Source: an uncultured Clostridia bacterium (lineage in GTDB: Bacteria; Bacillota; Clostridia; Christensenellales; UBA1242). From it: DNA of 64,000 bases. The notes under the pieces were generated by a model. It was not told where the DNA came from. It ran no database searches and worked only from the letters and a program-made list of their open reading frames with translations. This document shows, in pieces, positions 49,473-59,956 of the stretch (positions within the stretch are counted from its first letter, which is position 1; the number at the start of each line of letters is the position of its first letter). Made by a program: the position numbers and the translations under genes. The stretch spans positions 2,114 through 66,113 of the forward strand of contig CALVNT010000008.1 in the NCBI GenBank assembly GCA_944349925.1, written 5' to 3'.

Positions 49473-50751
49473 ACATAATCTCCTTGAAGACTTCGCCTCT
49501 TACAGCATATGAAGAAAATTCGTCAAAACTTGCGCATGCTGGAGCAAGCAAAATTTTTTGACCTTTTTGCGCATTTTCTTTTGCATAAAAGGACGCATTT
49601 TTCATGCTAGAAAAAAGTTTTGGCAGATATCCATATTTACTTGCACAGTCAAAAACTTCTTGCCCACATTGACCAAAGCATAAAACATTTTCAAGGTCAT
49701 AACCTTGTGAAAATATTTCATCAAATTTGCAGTCTTTGTTTTGTCCACCAATTAAAAGCGTTATCTTTTTTCCGCCCAGCGATTCAATAGCACTTATGCA
49801 CGCTGAAACATTTGTAGCTTTAGAATCATCAAAAACATCTGCTCCATTAACTTGCCCAAGAAATTCAAGCCTATGTGAAGGAGCTTTAAATTGCATGATC
49901 GCCTTTTTTATAAAAGCAGGCTTGATTTTGTACTGGCAAGAAATTGCAACCGCCGCTAAAACATTTTCAAGATTTTTTTCACCAAATAATGGAATATCAT
50001 TACATGAAATTATTTTTGTTTTATTGAAATAGATTGCACAATTTTTGACAAAAACACCTTTGCTAAGCATTTTTTTTGAAAAATACAAGACTTTTTTGTG
50101 TAAAACGAAGTTTTTACTTATCTCATCATCAAAATTTAAAACGATTTTTTGTCTTCTTGGTTTTGGCAATATTTTTTTCTTAACTTTAATATATTCATCA
50201 AAACTACCATGTCGATCAATATGGTCAGGCGCAATATTTAACACGCATGCAAGCGAAGGAAGAAAATATTTTGAAAGTTCAAGTTGAAAGTTGCTTACTT
50301 CACAAACAACAAAACTTTTTTTAGTGGTCTTTAATGCTACTGCGGACAAAGGCAGACCAATATTGCCACAAACAAAAGTTTCTTTCCCTGCTTGCTTAAA
50401 AATTTCTCCCACAAGCGAAGTTACCGTAGTCTTTCCGTTTGTTCCTGTAATTGCAACAATGTTTCCATTGCAAAAAAGAAAACCTAAATCAAGTTCGCTA
50501 ATAACAGGCACTTTATTAACAATGAAAAAACTTATAAGTTTGTTGCCTAAAACTTTAATACCCGGACTAACAACCACTAAATCAAATTTTTTTATTGTGG
50601 GATTTTTTTCAAACGAATAAAAAGAGGAAAATTTGTTTTCATCATCATATATGCTCACGCAAGCCCCTTTATCGTGAAGCAATTTGCAAGCAGATTGCCC
50701 ACTAGATGCAAGACCATATACAAGAACATTTTTTCCTCTTAAATTAAACAT
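49441..50751 (-). CDS. murD: UDP-MurNAc-L-Ala:D-Glu ligase
   Basis: VVSPG, AITGTNGKTT, GNIG, DHIDRH, HRLE, DDSKATN, PACASFD. Confidence 0.95.
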   Translation of the reverse strand: MFNLRGKNVLVYGLASSGQSACKLLHDKGACVSIYDDENKFSSFYSFEKNPTIKKFDLVVVSPGIKVLGNKLISFFIVNKVPVISELDLGFLFCNGNIVAITGTNGKTTVTSLVGEIFKQAGKETFVCGNIGLPLSAVALKTTKKSFVVCEVSNFQLELSKYFLPSLACVLNIAPDHIDRHGSFDEYIKVKKKILPKPRRQKIVLNFDDEISKNFVLHKKVLYFSKKMLSKGVFVKNCAIYFNKTKIISCNDIPLFGEKNLENVLAAVAISCQYKIKPAFIKKAIMQFKAPSHRLEFLGQVNGADVFDDSKATNVSACISAIESLGGKKITLLIGGQNKDCKFDEIFSQGYDLENVLCFGQCGQEVFDCASKYGYLPKLFSSMKNASFYAKENAQKGQKILLAPACASFDEFSSYAVRGEVFKEIMFGVYDKIEMQ

Positions 50752-50752
50752 A

Positions 50753-51712
50753 TCATATCACTCCTGACAATGCTAGATAACCAATATAACAAGAAAGTCC
50801 TAGTACCATTGTCAGTAATATATATATTAAAACAATTCTATTTTCATGCACGCCTTTTTTTTCAAAATGGTGATGAAGAGGTGCCATAAGAAAAATTCTT
50901 TTGTGAGTTTTTTTGTAGTATGCAACCTGTAATATATCCGAAATAACTGTGATAACAAAGACTAGACCAATAATTGGCATCAAAAGTTCTGTTCCTGTAA
51001 GACATGCTATGCTTGCCATAAGACCACCAAGCGCCAAGGAACCGGTATCACCCATAAATATTTTAGCAGGAAAGCAGTTTACAATTAAAAAAGCGAGTAG
51101 TGCTCCCACCGACGCAAAGCATATAAGAGCGTATTGAGTTTGCCCAAGCACAACTAAAATCAACCCGAAAAACAAAAAATATACACTATTAACTCCACCT
51201 GCAAGCCCGTCCAGTCCGTCAATTAAGTTTACTGAATTTGTAACAGCTACAAAAAAGAAAACTATAAATGGAATTATGGCCCAACTTAGATTCAGTTTTA
51301 ACGAGAAAAATTCAAGCTCTCCTCCAAAATTTAAATAAACAAAAATTGCCATAATCAAAGATAAGCCTATTTGTCCTATAATCTTTTGATAAGGTTTTAA
51401 CCCTTCATTTTTGTGAAATTTTATTTTTATAAAATCATCAAGAAAGCCTAGTAGTCCATATCCAAACATGGTTGCTAGAGCTAAAACTGCTCCCATAACT
51501 TGTCCTCTCAAAAAGAAAAAAGAAGATATAATTATAGCAAAAATAAAAATTATTCCACCCATAGTAGGCGTTCCGCTTTTTCCCTTATGCTTGTCCACAT
51601 AATGAAGAATTGTTTGCGATAAGTGAAATTTTTTACATACCTTTAGAATAGGGAAAGATAATATGACACCTAAAAACAAAGCAAGAAAAAAAGCCATATA
51701 ATATTTTAACAT
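50753..51712 (-). CDS. mraY: Phospho-MurNAc-pentapeptide transferase
   Basis: KSGTPTMGG, GFLDD, NSVNLIDGLDG, FMGDTGS, MAPLHHHFE. Confidence 0.96.
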   Translation of the reverse strand: MLKYYMAFFLALFLGVILSFPILKVCKKFHLSQTILHYVDKHKGKSGTPTMGGIIFIFAIIISSFFFLRGQVMGAVLALATMFGYGLLGFLDDFIKIKFHKNEGLKPYQKIIGQIGLSLIMAIFVYLNFGGELEFFSLKLNLSWAIIPFIVFFFVAVTNSVNLIDGLDGLAGGVNSVYFLFFGLILVVLGQTQYALICFASVGALLAFLIVNCFPAKIFMGDTGSLALGGLMASIACLTGTELLMPIIGLVFVITVISDILQVAYYKKTHKRIFLMAPLHHHFEKKGVHENRIVLIYILLTMVLGLSCYIGYLALSGVI

Positions 51713-51760
51713 AAATTCCTCCTAAAATATTTTATGGCAATTTTTTATATTTAGTCATGT

Positions 51761-53242
51761 TTATTCGTTTTCGTCATCAAATGGATAATCTTTTCTTTTT
51801 TTAAAAGATTTTCGGGTATCATTATAACAGTTATAAACCACATCAAAATCACTATAAGGATATTTAACCCCTTTGATTTCTTGATATTTTTCGGCGCCTT
51901 TGCCTGCAATAACTATTGTGGTTTTATTTTTATATTTATTCATCGCAAATTCGATAGCCTCTTGACGATTTGTTATGCATTTACATTTCTTTTTTACACC
52001 TTTTTCAATTTCTTCAATTATAAAATCAGGGTCTTCGAATCTAGGATTGTCACTTGTTATAATAACTTCGTCCGCAATGGTTGAGGCAATCTCCCCCATA
52101 ATCGGCCTTTTTAATCTATCACGATTTCCTCCACAGCCAAAAATGCAAACAAGTTTGTTGTCCGACAACTTTTTTGCTGTTTTTAAAACTTTTTCAAGAC
52201 CATCAGGCGTATGTGCATAATCAATAATAATGTTTTTGCCGTTAAGATTGATTATATTAAATCTGCCTTCTACAGGAGCAAGTGTCCTAATCCCCTTTTT
52301 TACAATATCTTTGTCAATTCCAATTGATCTTGCGGCTGCAATACCAGCAAGCAGATTTTCGATGTTGTAATCGCCAACAAGAGAACTTTTTATTTTAAAT
52401 TTTTCACCTAAAAAGTCACATTCAAATTCGCTTCCATCAAATCCTGTTTTAATGTTCTTTGCAAAAACATCAAAAGACGTGCTTTGGCCATAACAAATCA
52501 TTGGCACTTTCGGATAAAGATACATCGCTTTACAATAGGGATCATGAGCATTTACAATACCAAGTTTCATAGATTTTTGATTAAAAAAAGAGATTTTCGC
52601 TTTTGCATAATTTTCCATGTTATCGAAAAAATCTAAGTGGTCCTCTGTAATATTGGTCAATATTCCTATTTCAAATTTTACATCTTCCAACTTTTTTAAT
52701 GCTAAAGCATGAGCCGAAACTTCCATAACAACCCATTCAACCCCTTCTTCTAGCATTTGTTTCGAAAGTTTATGAAAAAGATAAGGGTCAGGTGTAGTCA
52801 TGCCCGTTTCGATTTCTTTTCCATTAAATTTAACTCCTAAAGTACCAATAGTCGCGACATTGTTTCCATTTTCTTTTAAAATGTTAGAAATAATGTTTAC
52901 TGTTGTAGTTTTGCCATTAGTACCTGTGACGCCTATATATTTTAATTTATCACAAGCACAATCAAAAAAATTTTTACAAATTTGAGCATAGGCATCTCTA
53001 ACATTATCAACAACTATAACATTATCAAAATCACACTTTTTATCAGTTACAACAACTTGCGCACCTTGCTTAAAAGCGGAAGAGATAAAATCATTTCCAT
53101 CAAAATTTTCGCCCTTCATGGCAATAAAAAGGTCGCCACTTTCAACCTTTCTGCTATCGATTTTAATATCTTTAATTTCTTGATTCAAAGAGCAACCATA
53201 TTCTCTAATTTTTACATCAAGCAACATATCATAAAGATTCAT
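51761..53242 (-). CDS. murE: UDP-MurNAc-tripeptide synthetase (meso-DAP)
   Basis: GVTGTNGKTT, MEVSAH, DHLDF, DYAHTPD, GCGGNRD, DNPR (DAP specificity motif). Confidence 0.95.
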   Translation of the reverse strand: MNLYDMLLDVKIREYGCSLNQEIKDIKIDSRKVESGDLFIAMKGENFDGNDFISSAFKQGAQVVVTDKKCDFDNVIVVDNVRDAYAQICKNFFDCACDKLKYIGVTGTNGKTTTVNIISNILKENGNNVATIGTLGVKFNGKEIETGMTTPDPYLFHKLSKQMLEEGVEWVVMEVSAHALALKKLEDVKFEIGILTNITEDHLDFFDNMENYAKAKISFFNQKSMKLGIVNAHDPYCKAMYLYPKVPMICYGQSTSFDVFAKNIKTGFDGSEFECDFLGEKFKIKSSLVGDYNIENLLAGIAAARSIGIDKDIVKKGIRTLAPVEGRFNIINLNGKNIIIDYAHTPDGLEKVLKTAKKLSDNKLVCIFGCGGNRDRLKRPIMGEIASTIADEVIITSDNPRFEDPDFIIEEIEKGVKKKCKCITNRQEAIEFAMNKYKNKTTIVIAGKGAEKYQEIKGVKYPYSDFDVVYNCYNDTRKSFKKRKDYPFDDENE

Positions 53243-53377
53243 TGTCCCCTCCGCTCAAAAATTTTACTATAAATAATTTAAAAAAATTACATCATCACAA
53301 AATAAGTCAAAAATAGACAAACAAATGATTTTAAAATAAATATTGCATAATTATGCAATTTAATTTATTATTATGCA

Positions 53378-54502
53378 TTATTTAATTTTTTTAAAGCCGT
53401 TATGACTGAGCTTAATGAAACTTTCTATTGCCTCGCTACTAAATTGATAAATGCTTGCCTGATGTGCTTGATTTTTTTCAATACCTTCTTCAATAAGAAG
53501 AGTGATCATATCTTCAAATGGACCATCAAACATATTAAAGGAAAGCGAACCGGGAATAGAATTTAATTCATTTACATACAACTTTTGACTTTTCTCTTCA
53601 AGCAAAAAATCTATTCTTACAACCCCATCACATCTTAAAGCTGTATAAGATTTAATAGCAAGATTCTGTATTTTTTCGTTTAAAGATTTGTCAATTTGAC
53701 TTTTTGTGTTTTCTCTTTCGCGCAAATATTTTTCTTCGAAAGTGTAAATTTTACTTTTTTTAACTTCACAAACCTTGCTTGCTACTGATTTACCATTTAT
53801 TTTAACAACTGCGCAACTGTACTCTTTTGCATTTGAGAGGAATTTTTCTACTAAAATTCGATTATCATATTCAAATGCTTTTTCTATTTCAGACTCTAAT
53901 TTTGCTTCACATTCACATATGCTAATACCCACACTACTTCCTAATGTAGCAGGTTTTATAATACAGGGCAAGTGCAAATTCTTTTTTATAGAATTTAAAA
54001 TTTTTAATTTATTTTGTTTATATTGACATTTGTCAAATTGTACATATGGCAAAGTTTTGATACGATCAGAGCTCAACATGACCTTAGTTAAAGTCTTATC
54101 CATAGTTAAAGCAGAGCTAGCAACTGAAGAAGAGGAATAAGGAATTTCTAGCAAATCTAACATTCCTTGAAGCGAGCCATCTTCGCCACCATGACCATGA
54201 TTGCAGAGCAGAGCACAATCTATTTTTATTCTATTTTTAATTTTGTTATTTTTTAAAATGACAAAACATTTGTTAGCAAAGTCAACTGAAACATCATGCA
54301 GATTTTTAACTTTTTTATTAAAATTTAAATAAATTTCTGCTTTATTTAGATTGTCAGCCGTTAAAAATCGGCCATCGTGGTTTATGTAAATAGGGATCAC
54401 TTTATATTCTTTTGGCATGTTTGCAAGTGCCTGCATAGCCGTTATGATAGAAATGTCATGCTCAACACTTTTTCCTCCAAAAATTACTGCAACAGTTTTC
54501 AT
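53378..54502 (-). CDS. ddl: D-alanine--D-alanine ligase
   Basis: FGGKSVEHDIS, HGHGGEDG, LGSSVGI, RIDF, NELNSIPGS. Confidence 0.93.
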   Translation of the reverse strand: MKTVAVIFGGKSVEHDISIITAMQALANMPKEYKVIPIYINHDGRFLTADNLNKAEIYLNFNKKVKNLHDVSVDFANKCFVILKNNKIKNRIKIDCALLCNHGHGGEDGSLQGMLDLLEIPYSSSSVASSALTMDKTLTKVMLSSDRIKTLPYVQFDKCQYKQNKLKILNSIKKNLHLPCIIKPATLGSSVGISICECEAKLESEIEKAFEYDNRILVEKFLSNAKEYSCAVVKINGKSVASKVCEVKKSKIYTFEEKYLRERENTKSQIDKSLNEKIQNLAIKSYTALRCDGVVRIDFLLEEKSQKLYVNELNSIPGSLSFNMFDGPFEDMITLLIEEGIEKNQAHQASIYQFSSEAIESFIKLSHNGFKKIK

Positions 54503-54511
54503 AAAACCTCC

Positions 54512-55933
54512 TTATTTATAATTATCTGGCAAATCATTTTCAAATAAGACAATGGAATTTTCATTTACTAAAAGTTGTAAAATTTCTTGCTGTTTTTTCC
54601 GAGTATTTGCGAAAAAAATATTTTTTCTATTAAAATTGTGCGAAATAGCACCGCAATAAAGGTCATTTTTGTTGACTTCGTTCATAATTATGATAAAATC
54701 TGCCACATCTGCAATTTGAGAACCAAGTTTAAAGTTGATTGTTGACTGTTCTTTCCCTAGTTCTACAATTCCGGGGGTAACAACAATTTTTTTGCCTTTA
54801 AATTTTGTCAAGACTTCAAGTGCCTGTTTAAATCCAATTTCATTCGAGTTGTAAGAATCATCAATAACAACAGGATTTTCTCTGATAATTTGAAGCCTAT
54901 GTTCAGTCGCAGGCAGAGTAAGAATTGCGTCAATAATATCTTGCTGAGGGACTTGTAAAATGTAAGCACACGCACTTGCCGTAACAATATTGTTAATGTT
55001 TATTTCTCCTAAAAGTCGGGTGTGCACTTTTAAAACTTTGCCATCTATAATTAAATCAAAATCACTTCCTTTATTGGAACACTTGATGTTTTGTGCATAA
55101 GCAAATGATTGCGGAATATTTGTTAAAAATTTATTACCTTTAAATTTTTTGTAAAGCTTTGTAGTACTTTTGCTGTCACCATTAAAAATGGCTTTTCCTT
55201 CAGTTTGCAAACTTTCACACAACTCAAATTTTGTTTTTTCAATTTCAGAAATAGTTTTAAAACTTTCTAAATGTGCTTTCCCTATAGTTGTAATAATCGC
55301 AATATCTGGTCTTACTATATCTGCAACCTTTTTTATGTCATATTTTTTTCTAGCACCCATTTCAGCAATAAAAATATCGTGGTCATCAAGTTTATCTAAA
55401 ATAGTTTTAGTTATTCCCATTTCAGTATTGTAATTTAAAGGAGTAACACAAACCTTATATTGTTTTTCAAGAATATGGGTTAATATATTTTTAGTGCTTG
55501 TTTTGCCATAACTTCCTGTAATTCCGATTTTAATAATTTTTTTCTTTTTTAATTTCGCTTTGGCTCGTAGTATGTAAATTTGTTTTATAAACTGCTCTGT
55601 TGGCAACATGAAAAAATGAACAATGCACACAATCAACGGAGAGAGCAAAAATATAACAATAATATTTAAAATAACAAGTGCAACAATTTTAATAAAATAT
55701 GTTATCAAGAAAAATATAAGAAAACTAAAAATAACATAGACAATAGAAAATCTAACAAATCTTTTTGTCCAAATTATTTTATTTTTATCTCCAAATGAAA
55801 AATGAAAAAGCAAAATGTCATCTAAAAATTTTTTTATTTTGTATTGATTAAGCTGATAACTTTTAAAAAAAACTAGTGACCAAATGAAGAATATAACAAC
55901 AAGTATACATGTGAAAATAAGTGCAACTATCAT
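54512..55933 (-). CDS. murF: UDP-MurNAc-tripeptide--D-Ala-D-Ala ligase with N-terminal TM segments
   Basis: GITGSYGKTSTK, NYNT.MG, EMGA, IDDSYNSN, TPGIVELG, FENDLPD. Confidence 0.88.
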   Translation of the reverse strand: MIVALIFTCILVVIFFIWSLVFFKSYQLNQYKIKKFLDDILLFHFSFGDKNKIIWTKRFVRFSIVYVIFSFLIFFLITYFIKIVALVILNIIVIFLLSPLIVCIVHFFMLPTEQFIKQIYILRAKAKLKKKKIIKIGITGSYGKTSTKNILTHILEKQYKVCVTPLNYNTEMGITKTILDKLDDHDIFIAEMGARKKYDIKKVADIVRPDIAIITTIGKAHLESFKTISEIEKTKFELCESLQTEGKAIFNGDSKSTTKLYKKFKGNKFLTNIPQSFAYAQNIKCSNKGSDFDLIIDGKVLKVHTRLLGEININNIVTASACAYILQVPQQDIIDAILTLPATEHRLQIIRENPVVIDDSYNSNEIGFKQALEVLTKFKGKKIVVTPGIVELGKEQSTINFKLGSQIADVADFIIIMNEVNKNDLYCGAISHNFNRKNIFFANTRKKQQEILQLLVNENSIVLFENDLPDNYK

Positions 55934-56658
55934 TGCGTTTCCTCCCAAAATTTGCCAATCAATTTATTAAAAGTAAGGGGACTAGACAGAAAACAAAAAT
56001 GGCCTGAATTTTTTATAATTTCTAGTTTCGAATTTCTGACATATTTTGCAATTTTTTTTGCCATATACATAGGTGTTTCATTATCTTTTTCTCCCCAAAT
56101 AATTAAACTTTTACAAACCACATTTTTATAATAGGGTGATAGGTCTTCGTTGACAATACTGTTAAAAGTTTTTTTCATATTTTCATCAAGTTTTTGATAG
56201 TCTTTTGAGCCCATATTCAGCGTGCTTTTGCCTAATTTTTTTAGTAATTTATATTTATAAACTTTGTAATAATATTTTAAATTTCTCTTAGGCTTAATAC
56301 CAGCACTATCAACAAATATGCATGAGCGTACAAGTGAGCACTTAACAGATGCTAAAATGCTAGCAACGCGACCGCCAAAAGAATGAGCAAGCAAATCACA
56401 TTTATCTATCTTCAGATGCTCACATAAACTCATGACCAAAGCAACATATGTATATATGCTATAATTTTCAACTATTTTTTGACTTTTACCAAAAGGAGGA
56501 AAATCTATGCACAAAAAAGATTTTTCAGGAAAAGATTTAACAATTCCATCAAAAATTTGACTATCTACACCCCAACCATGCAAAAGAAGAACAGGTTCTC
56601 TAGATTTTTTATTTTTAAAAGTGTAAAAGACCTTGACTCCACAATAGGAATAAAACAT
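55930..56658 (-). CDS. Alpha/beta hydrolase
   Basis: LLHGWG, DFPPFG.S, AHSFGG, IWGEKD, SGHF. Confidence 0.9.
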   Translation of the reverse strand: MFYSYCGVKVFYTFKNKKSREPVLLLHGWGVDSQIFDGIVKSFPEKSFLCIDFPPFGKSQKIVENYSIYTYVALVMSLCEHLKIDKCDLLAHSFGGRVASILASVKCSLVRSCIFVDSAGIKPKRNLKYYYKVYKYKLLKKLGKSTLNMGSKDYQKLDENMKKTFNSIVNEDLSPYYKNVVCKSLIIWGEKDNETPMYMAKKIAKYVRNSKLEIIKNSGHFCFLSSPLTFNKLIGKFWEETQ

Positions 56659-56805
56659 AATAATTTTTATGAAAACAAACATGATAAGTTGAAAGAATTT
56701 TCATAATTTCTTTAAATTTTTATTAAATTATTTGTGTTTTTTTAAAAAAAATAGTAATATATATTTAACCGAAAGGTAATTTTGACAAAAGGAAGGTAAA
56801 TAGAC

Positions 56806-57075
56806 TTGAAAATCACAGATGTAAGAGTTAGACTTGTTGCAAAAGAAGAATTAAAATTAAGAGGTGTTGCTTCAATCACAATTGATGATTGCTTTGTTGT
56901 TCATGACATCAAAGTTATTGAAGGAAAAGATGGTCTTTTCATTTCAAAAAAAAAAAAAAAAACTCCAGATGGTGAATTTAAAGATATAGTTCATCCAATC
57001 AACACTGAAACAAGAGAAATGATTAAATCTGCAGTTTTAGAAGCATACGAAAAAGCAAAAGTTGAAGGAAAATAA
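56806..57075 (+). CDS. spoVG: Septation regulator SpoVG
   Basis: [38 protein letters not shown]; an A17 run replaces the usual MPSRK motif. Confidence 0.92.
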   Translation: MKITDVRVRLVAKEELKLRGVASITIDDCFVVHDIKVIEGKDGLFISKKKKKTPDGEFKDIVHPINTETREMIKSAVLEAYEKAKVEGK

Positions 57076-57107
57076 AAAATTATCGCTATTTAGCGATAAT
57101 TTTTTTT
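57076..57107. terminator. Bidirectional terminator
   Basis: AAAATTATCGCTA-TT-TAGCGATAATTTT. Confidence 0.75.
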
Positions 57108-57140
57108 ATTTTTTAATTATTTAAAATATCTTTTTTCCCT

Positions 57141-58592
57141 TTACATTAGAAGACTGCCATTATCTGTTTTGATTACTTTTAAAATATTTTCAGTGTTGCC
57201 GTTTTCAACATTAAAATAGAAATAGTATGTATTTTCATCTTTAGTTGCTTCCACTTCGTAACAAACCACTTCCCTATTATAATCAAGCGGAGTAAGTGCT
57301 TTACGAGTTTGAACAATAGTAAAAGCAGAAGAAACTTTGCTTTCTGCATCTTCTTGTGTTATTGCACCTTGATTTAAAGTTCTCTCTGTATGATTTGTAA
57401 AATATGAAGTAGCATCATATCCCACAACAGTTCCTGTTACTAAGTTTATCTTTACTTTAACAAGGTCTGGATATAAAATAATTCCATTTTGAACCGGAGC
57501 AATATTTAAATATAAATCTTCATATAATTGGTCGCTCCAAACTACTTTTGCATTTTCAACTCCGTTATTTTTTGCAAATTCAATAGCCAACTTTTCAGCC
57601 TGAACTTTATCAATTGACGCCTCACCTGCTCTACCGGCACCGCTGACAGTCAAAATATTTCCACCAATTTTTGTAACTTGCATGTAAAGTGTTTCAGCGT
57701 CAGAGTTTATCGCTCTGAAATTATAAGTTACAAATCTACCGTTCGTCATTTCTTCATAATTTAATTCTACTAAATTTTTAAACTGTGTGTTTATTTTTTC
57801 TTTTGCTTTTTCTTCAGACACGCTTGCCCCACTAAGTCCTTTTATCTCGCTATTTACAACAGAATCTGAAAAAGGCCCATCATAAATCATGGTAGGATAT
57901 TTTACATCTAAATCGGTCATTTGTGTAAAAATTTGCGTAAAATTTGTTGTTCCATCATCATTATAAACACTTTCATCTAAAATGGAATACCCTTTATCTA
58001 ATTTCCTAGCAAAATTGTTTAGCTCATTTTTGAGAATTAAAATGTTTTGATAAACATCTTCAAGGGTGCTGATTTCACTTTCTGTCAAAGACTCCCCTTT
58101 AGCAACTTTTTCAGAAAGAGAGCTTGTATAACCATAGATTTGATTGACCATTTTTACTGTATCATAAATATTGCTTTGAGTTAATGGCAAAGACGCAACA
58201 GAAATTTGCGCTTCATTTGATGCTTTGGCAACAGAATCAAGCATTTTTGCTTGATAATCACCGCTTTGACTTGCTAAAACTTTAGAAAGATCATTCTCTG
58301 CAGTATTAACACTATTTAAAAGATTATAAAAGTTTTTTTCATAAACATTTTCAAGATTATTTTTATAATACATTGATTGACTTTGCGCAACACCAAATGC
58401 AATACTCATTCCAATCGTAGATAATGCAAGAATAGAAGTTGAAAGAGCAAGAGCTTTAATAGCTCTATTTTTCTTTTTTATATTATTTTTTGTTAGTTTT
58501 TCGTTGTTTGATAAATCAACAATTTTATCTGACATAGAATTATCTATAGAAATATTGCTATCTATATTTAAATTTTTATCATTTTTTTCCAT
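57141..58592 (-). CDS. ypeB: Germination protein YpeB
   Basis: LENVYEKNFY.L, YPTMIYDGPFSD, YPDLVKVK, PepSY-like C-terminus; follows sleB. Confidence 0.9.
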   Translation of the reverse strand: MEKNDKNLNIDSNISIDNSMSDKIVDLSNNEKLTKNNIKKKNRAIKALALSTSILALSTIGMSIAFGVAQSQSMYYKNNLENVYEKNFYNLLNSVNTAENDLSKVLASQSGDYQAKMLDSVAKASNEAQISVASLPLTQSNIYDTVKMVNQIYGYTSSLSEKVAKGESLTESEISTLEDVYQNILILKNELNNFARKLDKGYSILDESVYNDDGTTNFTQIFTQMTDLDVKYPTMIYDGPFSDSVVNSEIKGLSGASVSEEKAKEKINTQFKNLVELNYEEMTNGRFVTYNFRAINSDAETLYMQVTKIGGNILTVSGAGRAGEASIDKVQAEKLAIEFAKNNGVENAKVVWSDQLYEDLYLNIAPVQNGIILYPDLVKVKINLVTGTVVGYDATSYFTNHTERTLNQGAITQEDAESKVSSAFTIVQTRKALTPLDYNREVVCYEVEATKDENTYYFYFNVENGNTENILKVIKTDNGSLLM

Positions 58593-58601
58593 ATTTACCT
58601 C

Positions 58602-59282
58602 CTATCTTGCAAAAATATGACTTCCAATGGTAACAACTTGTTCTCTAGACCAAATCCAAGAACTTGTAGCCGTTGCAGGGTTAAAATAATAAATGCAACC
58701 ATAAGTTGGATCCCAGCCGTTTAAAGCATCTTGCGCTGCTTTATATGCAGTGCTGTTTGGTGTTAAATTGATTTGACCATCATCAACCGCAGTAAAAGCA
58801 TAAGGCTGATAAATAACTCCAGCGATAGTGTTTGGGAAAGACGCACTTTTTACTCTGTTTAATACAACAGCGGCAACTGCAACTTGTCCAGTATAAGGTT
58901 CGCCTCTTGCTTCAGCATAAACACATCTAGCAAGCAAGTCAAGGTCACTAGAAGAAACTGACGAAGTAGAACCAGACAAAGTCATTCCAAGAGCTGCTGC
59001 AGTTTTAGGTCCAATAATACCATCAACAGCCAAGCCATTTTTACTTTGAAAATATCTTACTGCTTGTTTAGTAAGCGGACCATTGATGCCATCTACCGAA
59101 CCAGTATAATATCCCCACCTTTTTAGTTTTGTTTGAGCTGTTCTTAGCTCTGAAGTTGTTATTGCGGCTTCCGTTTGAGCATAGTGATGCTGGGAAAATG
59201 AAAAATATGTAAGTCCTGCGCCTGTCAAAGTAAGCATAAACACAAATAACAAAGAAAGAGATGCAAAAAGTCTTTTTTTCAT
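58602..59282 (-). CDS. sleB: Spore cortex-lytic enzyme
   Basis: PG-binding domain (DGI.GP.T) plus Hydrolase_2 (AEARGEPY.GQVAVAAVVLNR). Confidence 0.93.
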   Translation of the reverse strand: MKKRLFASLSLLFVFMLTLTGAGLTYFSFSQHHYAQTEAAITTSELRTAQTKLKRWGYYTGSVDGINGPLTKQAVRYFQSKNGLAVDGIIGPKTAAALGMTLSGSTSSVSSSDLDLLARCVYAEARGEPYTGQVAVAAVVLNRVKSASFPNTIAGVIYQPYAFTAVDDGQINLTPNSTAYKAAQDALNGWDPTYGCIYYFNPATATSSWIWSREQVVTIGSHIFAR

Positions 59283-59295
59283 AAATTCCTCCTAA

Positions 59296-59820
59296 TTATG
59301 AAATTACACTTTTAATTATCTCCCAAATTTGCGAAATATATACAATGTTGTCAGATTTTTTTGTTTGAGTAAAACAAAATGCTGGAAAAACTATACACCA
59401 CCAGTTATCACCTTGTCCGCTACCTAAATTTAAAATTAAAGCATCATAATAACCTTCTTGCAAAGTAATATTTTCATAAGTTCTTGTGGGGAAATATTCA
59501 TTAGAAATATTTGCTTTGCTAGAATATGTAAAGCCATTTTCTTGCAATGTTTTATTTGCGACTGATTCAATTAAACTAAAGTTGCTTGCGACAACTTCTT
59601 TTGCCTCATCAAAGCTCGTTATTTCGCTAAGTAATGGTATTAAAGCTTCTACAATATTATCTTTTACTTTATATTTGACATTTTGATCTTCGACAGAATT
59701 CGAATTAGCTCTTATATGTATTCTAAGATATTGTACATCTTCAGTTGTACTATTAAGACCGCAAAAGCATAATATTAAAAAAGTCACAATGACAGAAACT
59801 GCAACTAATATGTATTTCAT
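59296..59820 (-). CDS. spoIIR: Stage II sporulation protein R
   Basis: LRIHIRANSNS.EDQ.VK.KVKD, FPTRTY, G.G.NWWC..FP. Confidence 0.93.
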   Translation of the reverse strand: MKYILVAVSVIVTFLILCFCGLNSTTEDVQYLRIHIRANSNSVEDQNVKYKVKDNIVEALIPLLSEITSFDEAKEVVASNFSLIESVANKTLQENGFTYSSKANISNEYFPTRTYENITLQEGYYDALILNLGSGQGDNWWCIVFPAFCFTQTKKSDNIVYISQIWEIIKSVIS

Positions 59821-59956
59821 CTTTATAACCTCGCTTTAATTATTGCAAGAAAATAGTAAATAAAAAGGAAAAGAAGTGCAAAAAAACACTAAAAAAATAA
59901 AAAAAGTGCAAATTAAGATTTTTACACTTTTTTTGTTTTAGAGAGTATTTTAAATT

